From assembly GCA_964464605.1 (NCBI GenBank), contig CAYXJN010000003.1, forward strand, positions 62,001 through 126,000: 64,000 nucleotides of DNA, given 5' to 3'. The DNA is from an uncultured Ignavibacteriales bacterium (GTDB taxonomy: Bacteria; Zixibacteria; MSB-5A5; GN15; FEB-12). Of this stretch, positions 1 to 10,697 are shown piece by piece. The notes below the pieces were generated by a model that saw only the letters and a list, made by a program, of their open reading frames with translations, was not told where the DNA came from and made no database searches. Made by a program: the position numbers and the translations under genes. The number at the start of each line of letters is the position of its first letter. Within the stretch, counting starts at the first letter, position 1.

Positions 1-2
1 GC

Positions 3-2699
3 GCGACCTCTATCTCCGCCGATCAGAATGGGTATTTGTATATCACCGGAACAACTGAATCAGCGAATTTCCCGCTCAAAAATCCGTTCGACAACAGCCT
101 CAACGGCACCGAAGGATTTTTGGTCAAATTCAATCCGGATAACGGCGTCCTTGCCTATAGCACGTTCCTCGGCGGCAGTGAAACCGATGCACCGGCCGGA
201 GTGGTGGTGGATGAAGTGAGTCGCGAAACCTATGTGTTCGGCAGTACTCACTCGACCAGCGATTTTCCGTTAGTTGGCCAATTGCCGCGTTCTACATCTG
301 CCGGTCAGGATAATGCGTTTGTCACCAAAGTTTCCCCATTCGGTTCGCAGATATTGTTCAGCACCTTTGTGATGTCCGAACCGCAGTCGGTTATTACCGA
401 CGCTGCTATTTTCGATGACGGCAGCCTATTGTTCGGCGGTCAATATTCTGATGGCGTCAACCCGACCCAGGTAGTGGTTGGCCGTATCGGTTTTGATACC
501 GACGAAGATGGTATTCCGGATGGCGCCGACAACTGCCCGACATTGGCCAATCCGCTTCAGGAAGACAGTGACAATGACGGTATCGGTGATGCCTGCGATC
601 CGGAGTTTACGGTCGTTCCGACCGGTCAACCGGCGGATATATTCTATCTCGCTTCCGGTGACTTCGACCGAAACAACTATGTCGACTTCGCCTACACCGG
701 TATTTCCGATCAGGGCGCTGGTTCACTGCATATCATTTTCGGGAACAAATTCGATACGCTCGAAGTGCCGCAGCATTACGCTGATTTCTTCAATGCTGCG
801 CTGCTTGCCGACTATGTTGATGATGACACCCTGCTGGATATCGTAGCACGGTCTGCCACGCATGTCTACATTCTGAAAAACAAAGGTAATCGAGTGTTCG
901 AGATCGACTCTATTGAGGTCTCACCGCTTGCTTCGCAATCAAGCGTCGTGCGGGAACGGAATAGCTCGAAAGCATCGTCAATGCTCGATCTTTCTCCTGT
1001 ACCGATATTTGACCAGATTCCGACTCATCCAAAATTTTTCTCGGTTTCTGAACCAAGCCAACTCGCGTTGCGTGAACGCGCCCCGGCCATGATGGAATCA
1101 GGATATCCCTCCATCACCGCTGGCTATTTCAACAACGACATAGAACTCGACCTTATCGTCAACCCGAGCAATCTACTGACAGGCAACGGCTTAGGCGATT
1201 TCTCCAACGGCCCTGCCTTGCCTTTCACCTTCGATAAATCGGACGCCGCCGATGTCGACAATGACGGCGACGATGATTTAGCGGTCGTCGATGCGACTGG
1301 TTCATTTCGCATTTACTTAAATGACGGTTCAGGCGGATTTACGCAATCGTATCAGTATCTTATCAACGCATTCGGTTATGACTTCGCCAATGTCGCCACC
1401 GGTATCGATCTGAACGGGGACTATCTGACTGACTACGGCGTTGTCACCGGTAATATCACGTCGACCACTGATACGGCAGCTGTATATCTGTTCCTCGGCG
1501 ACGGTCACGGTTCAGCCGCGCTGAATCCGATTACGTTTATCCTGGTAGGCGGTTCACTCGTGAATCTCGATTTTACCGATTATGACGGTGACAAAGACCT
1601 TGATTTGACGGCTGTCGACGCAACGACGCATGACCTGTATGTCGTGCTCAATGACGGCTTCGGTAACTTTACTACGAGCATTATCATTGATGTTGGCAAC
1701 GGCACCAGCCCGCTTTTCTCTATCGCCGGCGCTGATGTCGACCGTGATGGCAACGCCGACTATCTGTTGGGCGGCGAAGAGGGTTCAGAAATCGTTCTGG
1801 CGATTAACGATTTACCCGATCAGCCGATCAGTGATTCGGAAATGACCGTAACGGCATTTAACAATTTCAACGTTACTATTACCAATCCGAAGGGCTTAAC
1901 TATTTCTGACCTTGAGCAGTCGGTCGCAGGTTCGGAATATCGTGAACTTGATTTCGACAATGACGACACACTCGATACCAGAACGTTCGACTATAACCTG
2001 CAGGAAGGCGACTACGAGCTTATTTTCGAACCGAATGAAGGCCCCGGCGCAACCGGCGGCGAACTTTCCGCGATCGTCGGTATCGACGGCTCGCAGCAAG
2101 CTCGCATTGTCCACAGTTACGAGTTCTCAGGCGGCAGTACACGCCAGGGTAATGGAGAGTCGAATTCTCTTACCTTCATTTACAACCTGAAAGAATCAAT
2201 GTTGATCCATCCGAAAAATGGTATTCTGACTCAGAGTGTACAGCCTGCCTTCGACTGGAGTCAGATAATTAACCCGACCGGTATTCAAAAGTACCACTAT
2301 CAGCTTGATAAGCGGCTCGATTTCCTGGCACCGCTTTTTGATGACTCGACATTGGCTATTCCGTCATTTGTTCCTGAATCACCATTGGGCGCCGACTCAG
2401 TCTACTACTGGCGAGTTAGAGCTTTTGACGGTATCAAATGGTCAGACTGGTCACATGCATTTGCAGCCAATATTGGTCCCGGCTGCTGTATCGGATACCG
2501 TGGCGATATCAATCTTTCCGGCTCGATTACGATTGCCGACATATCGACAATTGTCGGGTATTTTTACAACAATAAGCCTACGCCACTCTGCTTAGTTGAA
2601 GCTGATGCGAACAATGATAAGCGGCTCAGCATAGCTGATATCGTTTATTTAGTGGCATATCTGTTCAACAACGGACCTAACCCGACCTTCTGCCCGTAA
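3..2699 (+). CDS. Large secreted multidomain protein (5'-truncated by window edge): SBBP beta-propeller repeats, thrombospondin type-3 repeat, FG-GAP/VCBS repeats, FN3-like domain, C-terminal dockerin-like domain
   Basis: Frame open from base 3 (ATSISADQNGYLYITG). Contains YSTFLGGS (SBBP), DTDEDGIPDGADNCP..DSDNDGIGDACD (TSP3), several DxDxDGxxD FG-GAP loops, YYWRVRA, and ends CCIGYRGDIN..ADANND..IADIVYLVAYLF..GP.P. Confidence 0.85.
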   Translation, partial: ATSISADQNGYLYITGTTESANFPLKNPFDNSLNGTEGFLVKFNPDNGVLAYSTFLGGSETDAPAGVVVDEVSRETYVFGSTHSTSDFPLVGQLPRSTSAGQDNAFVTKVSPFGSQILFSTFVMSEPQSVITDAAIFDDGSLLFGGQYSDGVNPTQVVVGRIGFDTDEDGIPDGADNCPTLANPLQEDSDNDGIGDACDPEFTVVPTGQPADIFYLASGDFDRNNYVDFAYTGISDQGAGSLHIIFGNKFDTLEVPQHYADFFNAALLADYVDDDTLLDIVARSATHVYILKNKGNRVFEIDSIEVSPLASQSSVVRERNSSKASSMLDLSPVPIFDQIPTHPKFFSVSEPSQLALRERAPAMMESGYPSITAGYFNNDIELDLIVNPSNLLTGNGLGDFSNGPALPFTFDKSDAADVDNDGDDDLAVVDATGSFRIYLNDGSGGFTQSYQYLINAFGYDFANVATGIDLNGDYLTDYGVVTGNITSTTDTAAVYLFLGDGHGSAALNPITFILVGGSLVNLDFTDYDGDKDLDLTAVDATTHDLYVVLNDGFGNFTTSIIIDVGNGTSPLFSIAGADVDRDGNADYLLGGEEGSEIVLAINDLPDQPISDSEMTVTAFNNFNVTITNPKGLTISDLEQSVAGSEYRELDFDNDDTLDTRTFDYNLQEGDYELIFEPNEGPGATGGELSAIVGIDGSQQARIVHSYEFSGGSTRQGNGESNSLTFIYNLKESMLIHPKNGILTQSVQPAFDWSQIINPTGIQKYHYQLDKRLDFLAPLFDDSTLAIPSFVPESPLGADSVYYWRVRAFDGIKWSDWSHAFAANIGPGCCIGYRGDINLSGSITIADISTIVGYFYNNKPTPLCLVEADANNDKRLSIADIVYLVAYLFNNGPNPTFCP

Positions 2700-2732
2700 T
2701 CAAGCTGTAATATCGACAATGACGAATACTAT

Positions 2733-2765
2733 ACCGGGAGTCAGTGACTCCCGGTTTTTTGTTTT
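2733..2765 (+). terminator. Intrinsic terminator
   Basis: ACCGGGAGTC-AGT-GACTCCCGGT followed by a T-run. Confidence 0.85.
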
Positions 2766-3138
2766 CGACGTTGTGATTGTTGTCACATAGCCCGCATTCT
2801 GTTCGCATAGTGCTGTTCAAGTTTTGCACGATTCAGCCGATAGAGATAACGAAGAAAAACCACCAGGCTGTAATGCGATAATCGCATGAGAGCCAACGGG
2901 AAATGTTAGAAACCGGTTAAGTTTTATTTGACAACGAAAATAAAACTACGTCCTTATAGATAGGAGAGTTGAACAAAATGAAGGACCAGAATCAATCTCC
3001 ACGGACTGTGCAGAGCTATAGCGCGGGCATACCAAAGCCTCAGGGTATGAAGCGTGCTCTTTTATATACATTCGTATCACGTAGAACAAATAATCATCTT
3101 TATAACATCTAATCAGATTTCATAGGAAAGGATGCTCT

Positions 3139-5904
3139 ATGAAACGAAGTTATTTGGCCTGTACGCTCGTGAGTGTGCTCATTCTGGCGTTGTCCCTGTT
3201 TGCAGGTACAACGGGAAAGATCACCGGAGTAGTTACAGACGCTAAAACCAAAGAGCCTATGCAGGGTGTTTCCGTCTCCGTTGTCGGAACAACCATGGGC
3301 GCAAAAACCGATCTGGAAGGACGGTACACGATATTGAACGTCCCGGTCGGAACGTATGTCCTGAAATTTACATCCGTTGGATTCTCAACGGTTGAGGTTT
3401 CCGGCGTTTCTGTTTCTGTTGACCTGGCAAGCTATCAGGATCAGGCGCTCACGCAGTCTGTTACTGAGCTGGATAACGTTATTCAGGTTACCGCGGAACA
3501 GCCGCTGATTATTAAAGACAAAACAAACTCGGTCAACATCATCAAGAAAGAAGAACTGGATGCCCTGCCCGTTCGCGGTTTGGATCAAGTCGTTTCGCTG
3601 CAGAACAGCACGGTAAAGACCCGCTCATTCTCCGCACTAAACACTCGCGGAGATCGTGAAGCTATCAACGGCAGTGAAATCAATATCCGCGGTGGTCGTC
3701 CCTCTGAAGTTGCGTACTTCGTTGACGGTTTTTCCACCCAGGACCCGCTTTCCGGTAACTCAACGGCCAGAATTGCCACATCAGCGGTACAGGAAGTATC
3801 GGTGCAGGCAGGCGGATTTACGGCTGAATACGGGAGCGTTTCTTCCGGTGTTATCAACACCACCACAAACAGCGGTAGTGATTTGATCACCGGCTCGGTC
3901 AATCTGTTAAGCGATGACTTCAGCGATAAATCATCCGGATCAAGCTATTACGAGGGAAACATAAACGGCCCGGTACCGCAGATTGATGAACTTTATTTTT
4001 TACTGGTCGGTGCCCGCTGGTGGGCGGCGGACAGAAACCCGTCCGCAAAAACGCATGACTTTTTGCCGAGCGGTAACTATGGCTTGCCGAACAATAGTTC
4101 CAAAGGCTGGTCATTTTCAAGTAAACTGGACTATGCCTTTACCCCGAACTTGAAAGCAACAGTAGCCAGTTCCGGTTCTCGAGATGAATGGCGGGAATAT
4201 ATCCATTCCTATCTGTTCAATCAGCCACATATGCCGTACTACGAAGACCGTAACTTCGGTATTAACGGCCGTTTGACACATACATTAAGCGCGAAAACAT
4301 TTTACAATGCTTCTGTCTCGTATAGCCAGATTCGCCGGTTCCGCGGCGACGGGGTACATCAGAAGAACATTTACGGATACTACCGTCCGGTGAATCCGAA
4401 TTTTGATGCTCAATCCCTCTTCTGGCAAGACGGCCACGTATTCGATGATTACCTTAGACGTCGCTCCGAGTATGTTGGATTCAAAGGCGATTTATCGAGC
4501 CAGATCGGCGAGTATCACACGCTGAAACTGGGGCTTGAAGCGGCACGTTACACGTTGAGATATTATCACCACCTGCTTCCCGTCCAAGTCGATAAGACAG
4601 CCAACTCTAATTTCAATGATGTTGATCGGTACGGATATGATGAAACCGGCGCGTTATCAAATGACGATGGCCTGGACGGCGCGAAGCATCCGATTGATAT
4701 CGGTTTCTTTGCCCAGGATCGTTTCGAATGGCGCGGCATGATAGTCAATGCCGGCTTGCGTTTCGATTACTTCGACTATAAGTCGAAACGAATTAAAAAC
4801 CTCCAGGATCCGTTCGATCCGAACGATCTCAACGATTCCTTATCAGCAGTTCTTGATGAAAGCGATCTTGAAGAAAGTGAAAAATTCACCCGGTTGTCAC
4901 CCCGTCTTGGCGTCGCCTTCCCGGTCAGTGACAAAACCAAACTGCACTTTAACTATGGGAAATACTACCAGCGACCTGACCTGCAATATCTCTACGTCGG
5001 GTACCAGTATTTCGAGCATAAAGTCAAACGCGGCGGTTACTATTATCCGTTCGGCAATCCGAATCTGAAACCGGAAAAAACAACCGCATACGAGGTCGGG
5101 TTCGAGCATGCCATGAACGACAATACGCGCCTGTCTGTTACCGCGTATCTGAAAGATCTCACCGATCAGGTACAGGTGTACAGCCAGGGAGCAAACCCTC
5201 GCAGCTATGAAACATACCAGAATAGTGACTACGGTACGGTGCGAGGAATTGAATTAGAACTCGAAATGAGCCGCACCCGAAATATCCAGCTTGATGTTAA
5301 ATACACGCTGCAATATGCCGAAGGTACCGGTTCATATGCCAACACTGCCCGCAATTCAGCATGGACCGATGCTGATGCACCAAAACAAGTTGCCCCGCTC
5401 GATTATGACCAGCGCCATAAGCTGACCACGATAGTCGACTGGCAGCTTGGTAAAAAGCAAGGTCCGGTATTCGGTGATATTTTCCCGCTTGAAAATGTTC
5501 ACATGAACTTCATTACGAACATAGCAAGTGGTACACCATATTCTCCACAACAGACATACAATGAAGTTACGTTGGCCAACGTCTCACCGACGCCCGCTGC
5601 GCGCCGTAATTCAGGATATGGTCCCTGGACATTCACGATTGATCTGAAGATCTCACGTGAATTCAAAGTCGGCCGCTACGGCATTAAGCCGTATCTCGTT
5701 GTTCTCAATTTGTTAGACAGAGACAACGTACTCGGCGTATATGAATCATCCGGCCGTCCGAATTCGACCGGATTCCTTGCAACACCGGAAGGTCAGGATT
5801 TCGCGGAAACATTCGGTGTCGAACGATACAATCTCAAAGAAAATAACCCGACGAATTATGCCAACCCGCGCCTGATATTCTTAGGCGTGTCGGCCTCATT
5901 CTAA
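3139..5904 (+). CDS. TonB-dependent receptor with N-terminal carboxypeptidase-regulatory-like domain
   Basis: Signal peptide, GTTGKITGVVTD, plug motif IRGGR..EVAYFVDG, GGFTAEYG, GLRFDYFD, SPRLG, GNPNLKPEKT, C-terminal Phe. Confidence 0.93.
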   Translation: MKRSYLACTLVSVLILALSLFAGTTGKITGVVTDAKTKEPMQGVSVSVVGTTMGAKTDLEGRYTILNVPVGTYVLKFTSVGFSTVEVSGVSVSVDLASYQDQALTQSVTELDNVIQVTAEQPLIIKDKTNSVNIIKKEELDALPVRGLDQVVSLQNSTVKTRSFSALNTRGDREAINGSEINIRGGRPSEVAYFVDGFSTQDPLSGNSTARIATSAVQEVSVQAGGFTAEYGSVSSGVINTTTNSGSDLITGSVNLLSDDFSDKSSGSSYYEGNINGPVPQIDELYFLLVGARWWAADRNPSAKTHDFLPSGNYGLPNNSSKGWSFSSKLDYAFTPNLKATVASSGSRDEWREYIHSYLFNQPHMPYYEDRNFGINGRLTHTLSAKTFYNASVSYSQIRRFRGDGVHQKNIYGYYRPVNPNFDAQSLFWQDGHVFDDYLRRRSEYVGFKGDLSSQIGEYHTLKLGLEAARYTLRYYHHLLPVQVDKTANSNFNDVDRYGYDETGALSNDDGLDGAKHPIDIGFFAQDRFEWRGMIVNAGLRFDYFDYKSKRIKNLQDPFDPNDLNDSLSAVLDESDLEESEKFTRLSPRLGVAFPVSDKTKLHFNYGKYYQRPDLQYLYVGYQYFEHKVKRGGYYYPFGNPNLKPEKTTAYEVGFEHAMNDNTRLSVTAYLKDLTDQVQVYSQGANPRSYETYQNSDYGTVRGIELELEMSRTRNIQLDVKYTLQYAEGTGSYANTARNSAWTDADAPKQVAPLDYDQRHKLTTIVDWQLGKKQGPVFGDIFPLENVHMNFITNIASGTPYSPQQTYNEVTLANVSPTPAARRNSGYGPWTFTIDLKISREFKVGRYGIKPYLVVLNLLDRDNVLGVYESSGRPNSTGFLATPEGQDFAETFGVERYNLKENNPTNYANPRLIFLGVSASF

Positions 5905-5923
5905 GGATGGACAGGAAGTCATT

Positions 5924-8900
5924 ATGAAAAAAATACTTGTATTACTGTTAGCAGGAACACTGCTGACAGTTACTGCCTTCGCTGCTGCGCCGACCGGTAA
6001 CAAGTCGGAACGAAGCAAGAAAAACCAGGCACTCGATACAGATACGTATGTAAATGCGAACAAACTGCTTATGATCGCGGCGAACAATGGTGCGTTTGCC
6101 TATGATCTGGGCGGGTTCCTCGGTAAAACCGATGGTCTGTATTTCCCGTACACCACAGTGCAGAAAATCCTCGATGGCGAAGATGACAAAACAGTCGTGT
6201 ATGCCTCGGGGGTTTGGCTTGGCGCAGTGGACTCTGCATCTAACGATACTCTTGTTACGGTCGCTGAATACAGCCAGGAATATTTCCCGGGATCAATGAT
6301 CGGCGGAACATTTGATCCCGCAGGGGAAACCAACCCGGCGTACCGAGTCTACAAACTGTACAGCGACAGCCTTGCGGACAACCCGAACCAGGATTATCTC
6401 GACTGGCCGGTTGCTCAAGGCGCACCAGTCGACAGTTCCGGCAATCCGGCAATCTTAGGTGACCAATTTCTCTGGTGCGTTTATAATGATGCAAATTCTG
6501 CCACTCATACCAATGATGCTGGTGCTGGTGTGCCGATGGGTGTGGAAATGCAACAGAGTATCTTTGCGTTCAATCGTGAAGATCCGCTCGGAAATATTGT
6601 ATTTATCCGATTTAAGATTTTGAACAAAGGTACGAAAACCTTAACGAATATGTTCGTCTCTTTGTGGGCGGATCCGGACCTGGGCGGTGCTACAGACGAC
6701 TTAGTCGGTTGTGATACACTGCTTTCTCTTGGTTACTGTTACAATGCAAACAACAATGACAACGCATATAAGTCACGACCTCCGGCAGTTGGATACGACT
6801 TTTTTCAGGGGCCGCTTGATTCTACCGGTGACCCGGCTGACACTGCCAAAATGTTTGGCCAGCAGTATCCCGGGTATCGCAATTTACCGATGTCATCGTT
6901 CAACAAGTACATCAACGGTACCGACCCGCACAGCTATATCGAAACATATCGATATCAAAACGGATTGGACAAAGACGGAAATGCAGACCCTAACGGCACG
7001 AAGTTTAGTGTCCCGGGTGATCCTGTCAGCGGAACAGGTGACTTAGATGTGAGTCCAGCAGATCGTCGTTTCATGTTAACGACAGGACCGTTTACATTCC
7101 GTGCCGGTGACTCGACAGAAATTCTCGCAGCTATTGTTGTGGGTCAGGGTGGTGATCGCCAAACCTCTGTTTCAGCAATGAAATATTTCGATCGCTTTGC
7201 CCAAACGGCCTATGATTTGGATTTTGATCTTCCGGAACCACCGGCGGCTCCGGTCGTTAGCGCGACTCGCCTTGAAAACAAAGTCATCCTGACGTGGGGC
7301 ACAGAATCAGAAGATGATCCTGGCGATTTCCCGTTTGAGGGATACACTGTGTTTCAGGGTGAATCCTCAAACGGCCCCTGGAAGCGCATTGCCAATTTTG
7401 ACTTGAATAACGGGACCGGTATTATTTCTGACGAAGTATTTGATATCAGCGAAGGTGTGCTGAATATTCAAGCCGTCAAATTCGGATCGGATAACGGCAT
7501 GAACCGAATTGTCGAAGCTACTCAGGACGCGCTTGAGGGTGGTAAACTGGTCAACAACACACAGTATTACTATCGTGTTGAGGCGTACTCCTACGATGAG
7601 ACACAAACACCAAAAACCCTGACATCAGCAACCGGTGTAACCGTGACACCTCAGGCACCACCCGCAGAAATAATCCCTGAAGAAGTCGCTGGCGATACCC
7701 TTGCCGTCACACACAGCGGTGGCTCTGATGGTATCGTGGCTCCGATTGTAGTCGACCCCAGTGCGCTCACAGGCCATACGTATGCTGTAAGTTTCAGTGT
7801 CGACAGTATTCTCGGTAACGTCTGGCATCTGGTAGATCAAACAAGCGGCGACACGATTCTTGCCAACCAAACCAACCAACTCGGTGACAATAATTACGTC
7901 ACAGTCGATGGTTTCTTGCTGAAAGTTTCCGGTCCGCCGGTTGACTTCAAGAGCTTTGAAGTAGTTGCGAACGCGAACGGTCCGGTCGATCCACCTGCCG
8001 GTGGTTCATTTGGATTCCAAGGCTTTCCATCCATAGATCCCGACGCAGAAACACAACAATCAAATGGATCACGCTGGGGAATTCACACTGCCGATAATGG
8101 CGGTACACTGGATGGTGGTACTCGTGGGTCATATTCCGCTTTCTTTTCACGGTGTACCCGTGACGGCGATAATTTTACCGAAATTGGAACATACGACTTT
8201 GAAGTTCGCTTTACCGGCGATGTTACCAACCCTGGCGTTGGAGGAAGCTACGCTTGGGCTGCGTTCACCGATGAAGCCACAGTATGGGTGCCATTTGAGC
8301 TTTGGAATATCGGAGTCGGAACACCAAATGACGCGAGTGATGATTATCGATTGGTCCCATGGCTGAATGATGTCGCAGAAGATCATGTTTTCTCATTGGA
8401 AGCCTGGGGAAGCAGCGGCAACGGTGGTGGTCCCGGTGGATTTGAGCACTCCTTCTCCGGTGGTGACAATGATCCCTTCACTGACTGGGTATATTGGATG
8501 AGACCAAACAACACCACGCCAGGTGAGGCAGGATACTTGCTGTCTGAAGCAGAGTTGATTGGTGCAACTTACGACGGCAGCCACGAAGCAGCAGAAGTGT
8601 TTGCCCGTATGGTATTCGGACAATGGAATGGCGGTTCGGAGCCACCTTTCTTGGCGGATATGCCAGAACCAGGAACTGTCTTCCGCATTTCGACAACCAA
8701 GCCGAATACACCCACTGACGTATTTACTTTTACTGCCCCGGCTCCATCGGAAGTTTCAAACAGCTCTCGACTGGCAAATGTTCGGGCAGTGCCGAATCCG
8801 TATTATCTGTATGCGTCTTATGACGTAAATACAGTCGAACGGCGCGTGAAATTCACGAATTTGCCGACTGCATGCACTATTTCAATTTATACGATTTCCG

Positions 8901-9085
8901 GTGATCTGATAACGACCATCAAGAAAGATTCACCAGAATCGGAAATAGCATGGGATGTCGAAAACCGCTTTGGTGTTCCTGTCGCATCCGGTCTCTACAT
9001 TTACGTTGTAGAAGCACCGGGAATGGGACAGAAGATCGGCAAGATGGCGATCTTCACCGAAGAAGAACAGTTGCAAACGTACTAA
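5924..9085 (+). CDS. Secreted protein with FN3-like region and T9SS type-A-like C-terminal domain
   Basis: Signal peptide; WADPDLG..DDLVGCD; C-terminus VRAVPNPY..FTNLP..ISIYTISGDLI..WD...VASGLYIYVVE. Confidence 0.8.
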   Translation: MKKILVLLLAGTLLTVTAFAAAPTGNKSERSKKNQALDTDTYVNANKLLMIAANNGAFAYDLGGFLGKTDGLYFPYTTVQKILDGEDDKTVVYASGVWLGAVDSASNDTLVTVAEYSQEYFPGSMIGGTFDPAGETNPAYRVYKLYSDSLADNPNQDYLDWPVAQGAPVDSSGNPAILGDQFLWCVYNDANSATHTNDAGAGVPMGVEMQQSIFAFNREDPLGNIVFIRFKILNKGTKTLTNMFVSLWADPDLGGATDDLVGCDTLLSLGYCYNANNNDNAYKSRPPAVGYDFFQGPLDSTGDPADTAKMFGQQYPGYRNLPMSSFNKYINGTDPHSYIETYRYQNGLDKDGNADPNGTKFSVPGDPVSGTGDLDVSPADRRFMLTTGPFTFRAGDSTEILAAIVVGQGGDRQTSVSAMKYFDRFAQTAYDLDFDLPEPPAAPVVSATRLENKVILTWGTESEDDPGDFPFEGYTVFQGESSNGPWKRIANFDLNNGTGIISDEVFDISEGVLNIQAVKFGSDNGMNRIVEATQDALEGGKLVNNTQYYYRVEAYSYDETQTPKTLTSATGVTVTPQAPPAEIIPEEVAGDTLAVTHSGGSDGIVAPIVVDPSALTGHTYAVSFSVDSILGNVWHLVDQTSGDTILANQTNQLGDNNYVTVDGFLLKVSGPPVDFKSFEVVANANGPVDPPAGGSFGFQGFPSIDPDAETQQSNGSRWGIHTADNGGTLDGGTRGSYSAFFSRCTRDGDNFTEIGTYDFEVRFTGDVTNPGVGGSYAWAAFTDEATVWVPFELWNIGVGTPNDASDDYRLVPWLNDVAEDHVFSLEAWGSSGNGGGPGGFEHSFSGGDNDPFTDWVYWMRPNNTTPGEAGYLLSEAELIGATYDGSHEAAEVFARMVFGQWNGGSEPPFLADMPEPGTVFRISTTKPNTPTDVFTFTAPAPSEVSNSSRLANVRAVPNPYYLYASYDVNTVERRVKFTNLPTACTISIYTISGDLITTIKKDSPESEIAWDVENRFGVPVASGLYIYVVEAPGMGQKIGKMAIFTEEEQLQTY

Positions 9086-9104
9086 GGTCAAAAGGATGGT
9101 TATT

Positions 9105-10112
9105 ATGAAATACAAACTTACCATAGCCATGGCGATGCTTTTGACCATAACCGGGTCAACAGTCTTCGCCGGTTCAGAAAGTAAAGTCGGCACCGCCGGC
9201 GCCCAGGAACTGCTTATTCCGGTCGGCACCCGTGGTGTTGCCATGGGCGGCGCAGTTGTTGCCAATCCGATTGGTTTAGAATCCATTTACTGGAATCCGG
9301 CCGGCTTGACGTCGATTGAAGGCACTGAAACTATTTTCTCCTATCAGCCGTACTTGGCCGATATGGAAATGAATTTCTTTGGTGTAGCAACTTCCATCGA
9401 ATCATTCGGTACTCTGGGCGCTTCAGCCCGTGTGCTTTCGGTCGGTGATATCGAAGAGACTACCGAAAGCCAGCCGGAAGGAACGGGGCGTGTCTACAGC
9501 CCAACATTGAGTGCGATAACTGTATCCTATGCGAAAGACCTGACCGCCTCAGTTGCCTTAGGGGCAAATGTCAGCTTTTTGCATGAATCGATATTTGAAG
9601 TCAGCGCCAGTGGCCTTTCGTTCGACTTCGGGGTAACCTACCGTCCACAGTGGCGTGGGTTGACCATGGGTATCGCGATCAAGAATTTCGGTCCGAAGAT
9701 GAAATTCTCCGGCCCCGGGTTCGACCGCCGTTTTGAAGAAGGTGGACAGCGTACCTACTCGCCGAAATCAGCCGACTTTGATCTGCCAAGCTCCATCAAT
9801 CTCGGGCTTGCCTATACCCTGTACAACGAAGGGATGAACTCTGTCACGGCGATGGGAAATTACAACGCTAACAATTTCTCTACTGACGTTTGGCAGGGCG
9901 GCGCCGAATACTCATACAACAACCGCTATTTCCTCCGTGCAGGCTACAATATGGCCGCTTCGACAGGGGATGCGGACAATCTGTATGGATTCGCGCTGGG
10001 TGCCGGTCTTGAATATCCAATGGGCAACACGACCTTAAAAGTCGGGTATGCCTGGAATCAAACCGAAGTGTTCGATGACAACCAGTATTTTTCGGTTGGG
10101 CTTAACTTCTAA
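9105..10112 (+). CDS. PorV/PorQ-family outer-membrane beta-barrel
   Basis: GTAGAQELLIPVGTRGVAMGGA..SIYWNPAGL signature, LRAGY, terminal Phe; alternative start at 9096. Confidence 0.88.
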   Translation: MKYKLTIAMAMLLTITGSTVFAGSESKVGTAGAQELLIPVGTRGVAMGGAVVANPIGLESIYWNPAGLTSIEGTETIFSYQPYLADMEMNFFGVATSIESFGTLGASARVLSVGDIEETTESQPEGTGRVYSPTLSAITVSYAKDLTASVALGANVSFLHESIFEVSASGLSFDFGVTYRPQWRGLTMGIAIKNFGPKMKFSGPGFDRRFEEGGQRTYSPKSADFDLPSSINLGLAYTLYNEGMNSVTAMGNYNANNFSTDVWQGGAEYSYNNRYFLRAGYNMAASTGDADNLYGFALGAGLEYPMGNTTLKVGYAWNQTEVFDDNQYFSVGLNF

Positions 10113-10131
10113 TCGAAAAGACAGAGAATAC

Positions 10132-10164
10132 AAACGGGTATGCTTTTGCATACCCGTTTTTTTT
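10132..10164 (+). terminator. Intrinsic terminator
   Basis: AAACGGGTATGC-TTTT-GCATACCCGTTT plus T-run. Confidence 0.88.
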
Positions 10165-10200
10165 GCCAATTCATGAGAACACGAGCCGGTCATTTTTTCT

Positions 10201-10229
10201 CTGTCTAAAAAGTGCCGGGCGGGTATAAT
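10201..10229 (+). promoter_or_regulatory. Sigma70-like promoter giving a near-leaderless mRNA
   Basis: CTGTCT-N17-TATAAT; ATG at 10239 lies 9 nt after the -10 box, with no SD. Confidence 0.55.
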
Positions 10230-10238
10230 ACAAAGTAT

Positions 10239-10697
10239 ATGCGCTCCAAACTCGCCATAGTAATGTCAGTCCTTATTGGATTGTACACTATCCCCCCAGT
10301 CTGGCTCTGTGGGCTTTGTGACCTGGTTGTTTTCGCGGAAGAAACTCCGATTGTAATTGTCTGCACCGACAGTCAGCAGTTGACCAATTGTTGTATGATA
10401 GTTGATGATGCAAGTTGTTCTCCTTGTACCGACCCCGAAAATCAAAGCTGTCCCACTGAGAATTCATCCACAACAAGTTGCCCGTTGCAGGATGATTTCT
10501 CCTGCTGCTGCATATGCGAGTTTATCGAACATGACGGCACTTTACCGCTTGTCAAACAGGCGTCATATGAATTCACCCATACGCCGTATCAAATTACCAA
10601 TCCGTTTGAAATCGTATGTGCGGGAATTCTTGATGTCCGCTCTTCCCGCCCGCCGGGAGTTAATCCAATCATTACCACAGCCATTCTGAGACTATGA
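10239..10697 (+). CDS. Cys-rich exported leader-type protein with C-terminal RPP motif (DUF2946/HYC_CC_PP-like)
   Basis: Hydrophobic N-terminus, 14 Cys incl. CxxC, CC and CCCxC; ends SRPPGVNPIITTAILRL. Confidence 0.6.
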   Translation: MRSKLAIVMSVLIGLYTIPPVWLCGLCDLVVFAEETPIVIVCTDSQQLTNCCMIVDDASCSPCTDPENQSCPTENSSTTSCPLQDDFSCCCICEFIEHDGTLPLVKQASYEFTHTPYQITNPFEIVCAGILDVRSSRPPGVNPIITTAILRL

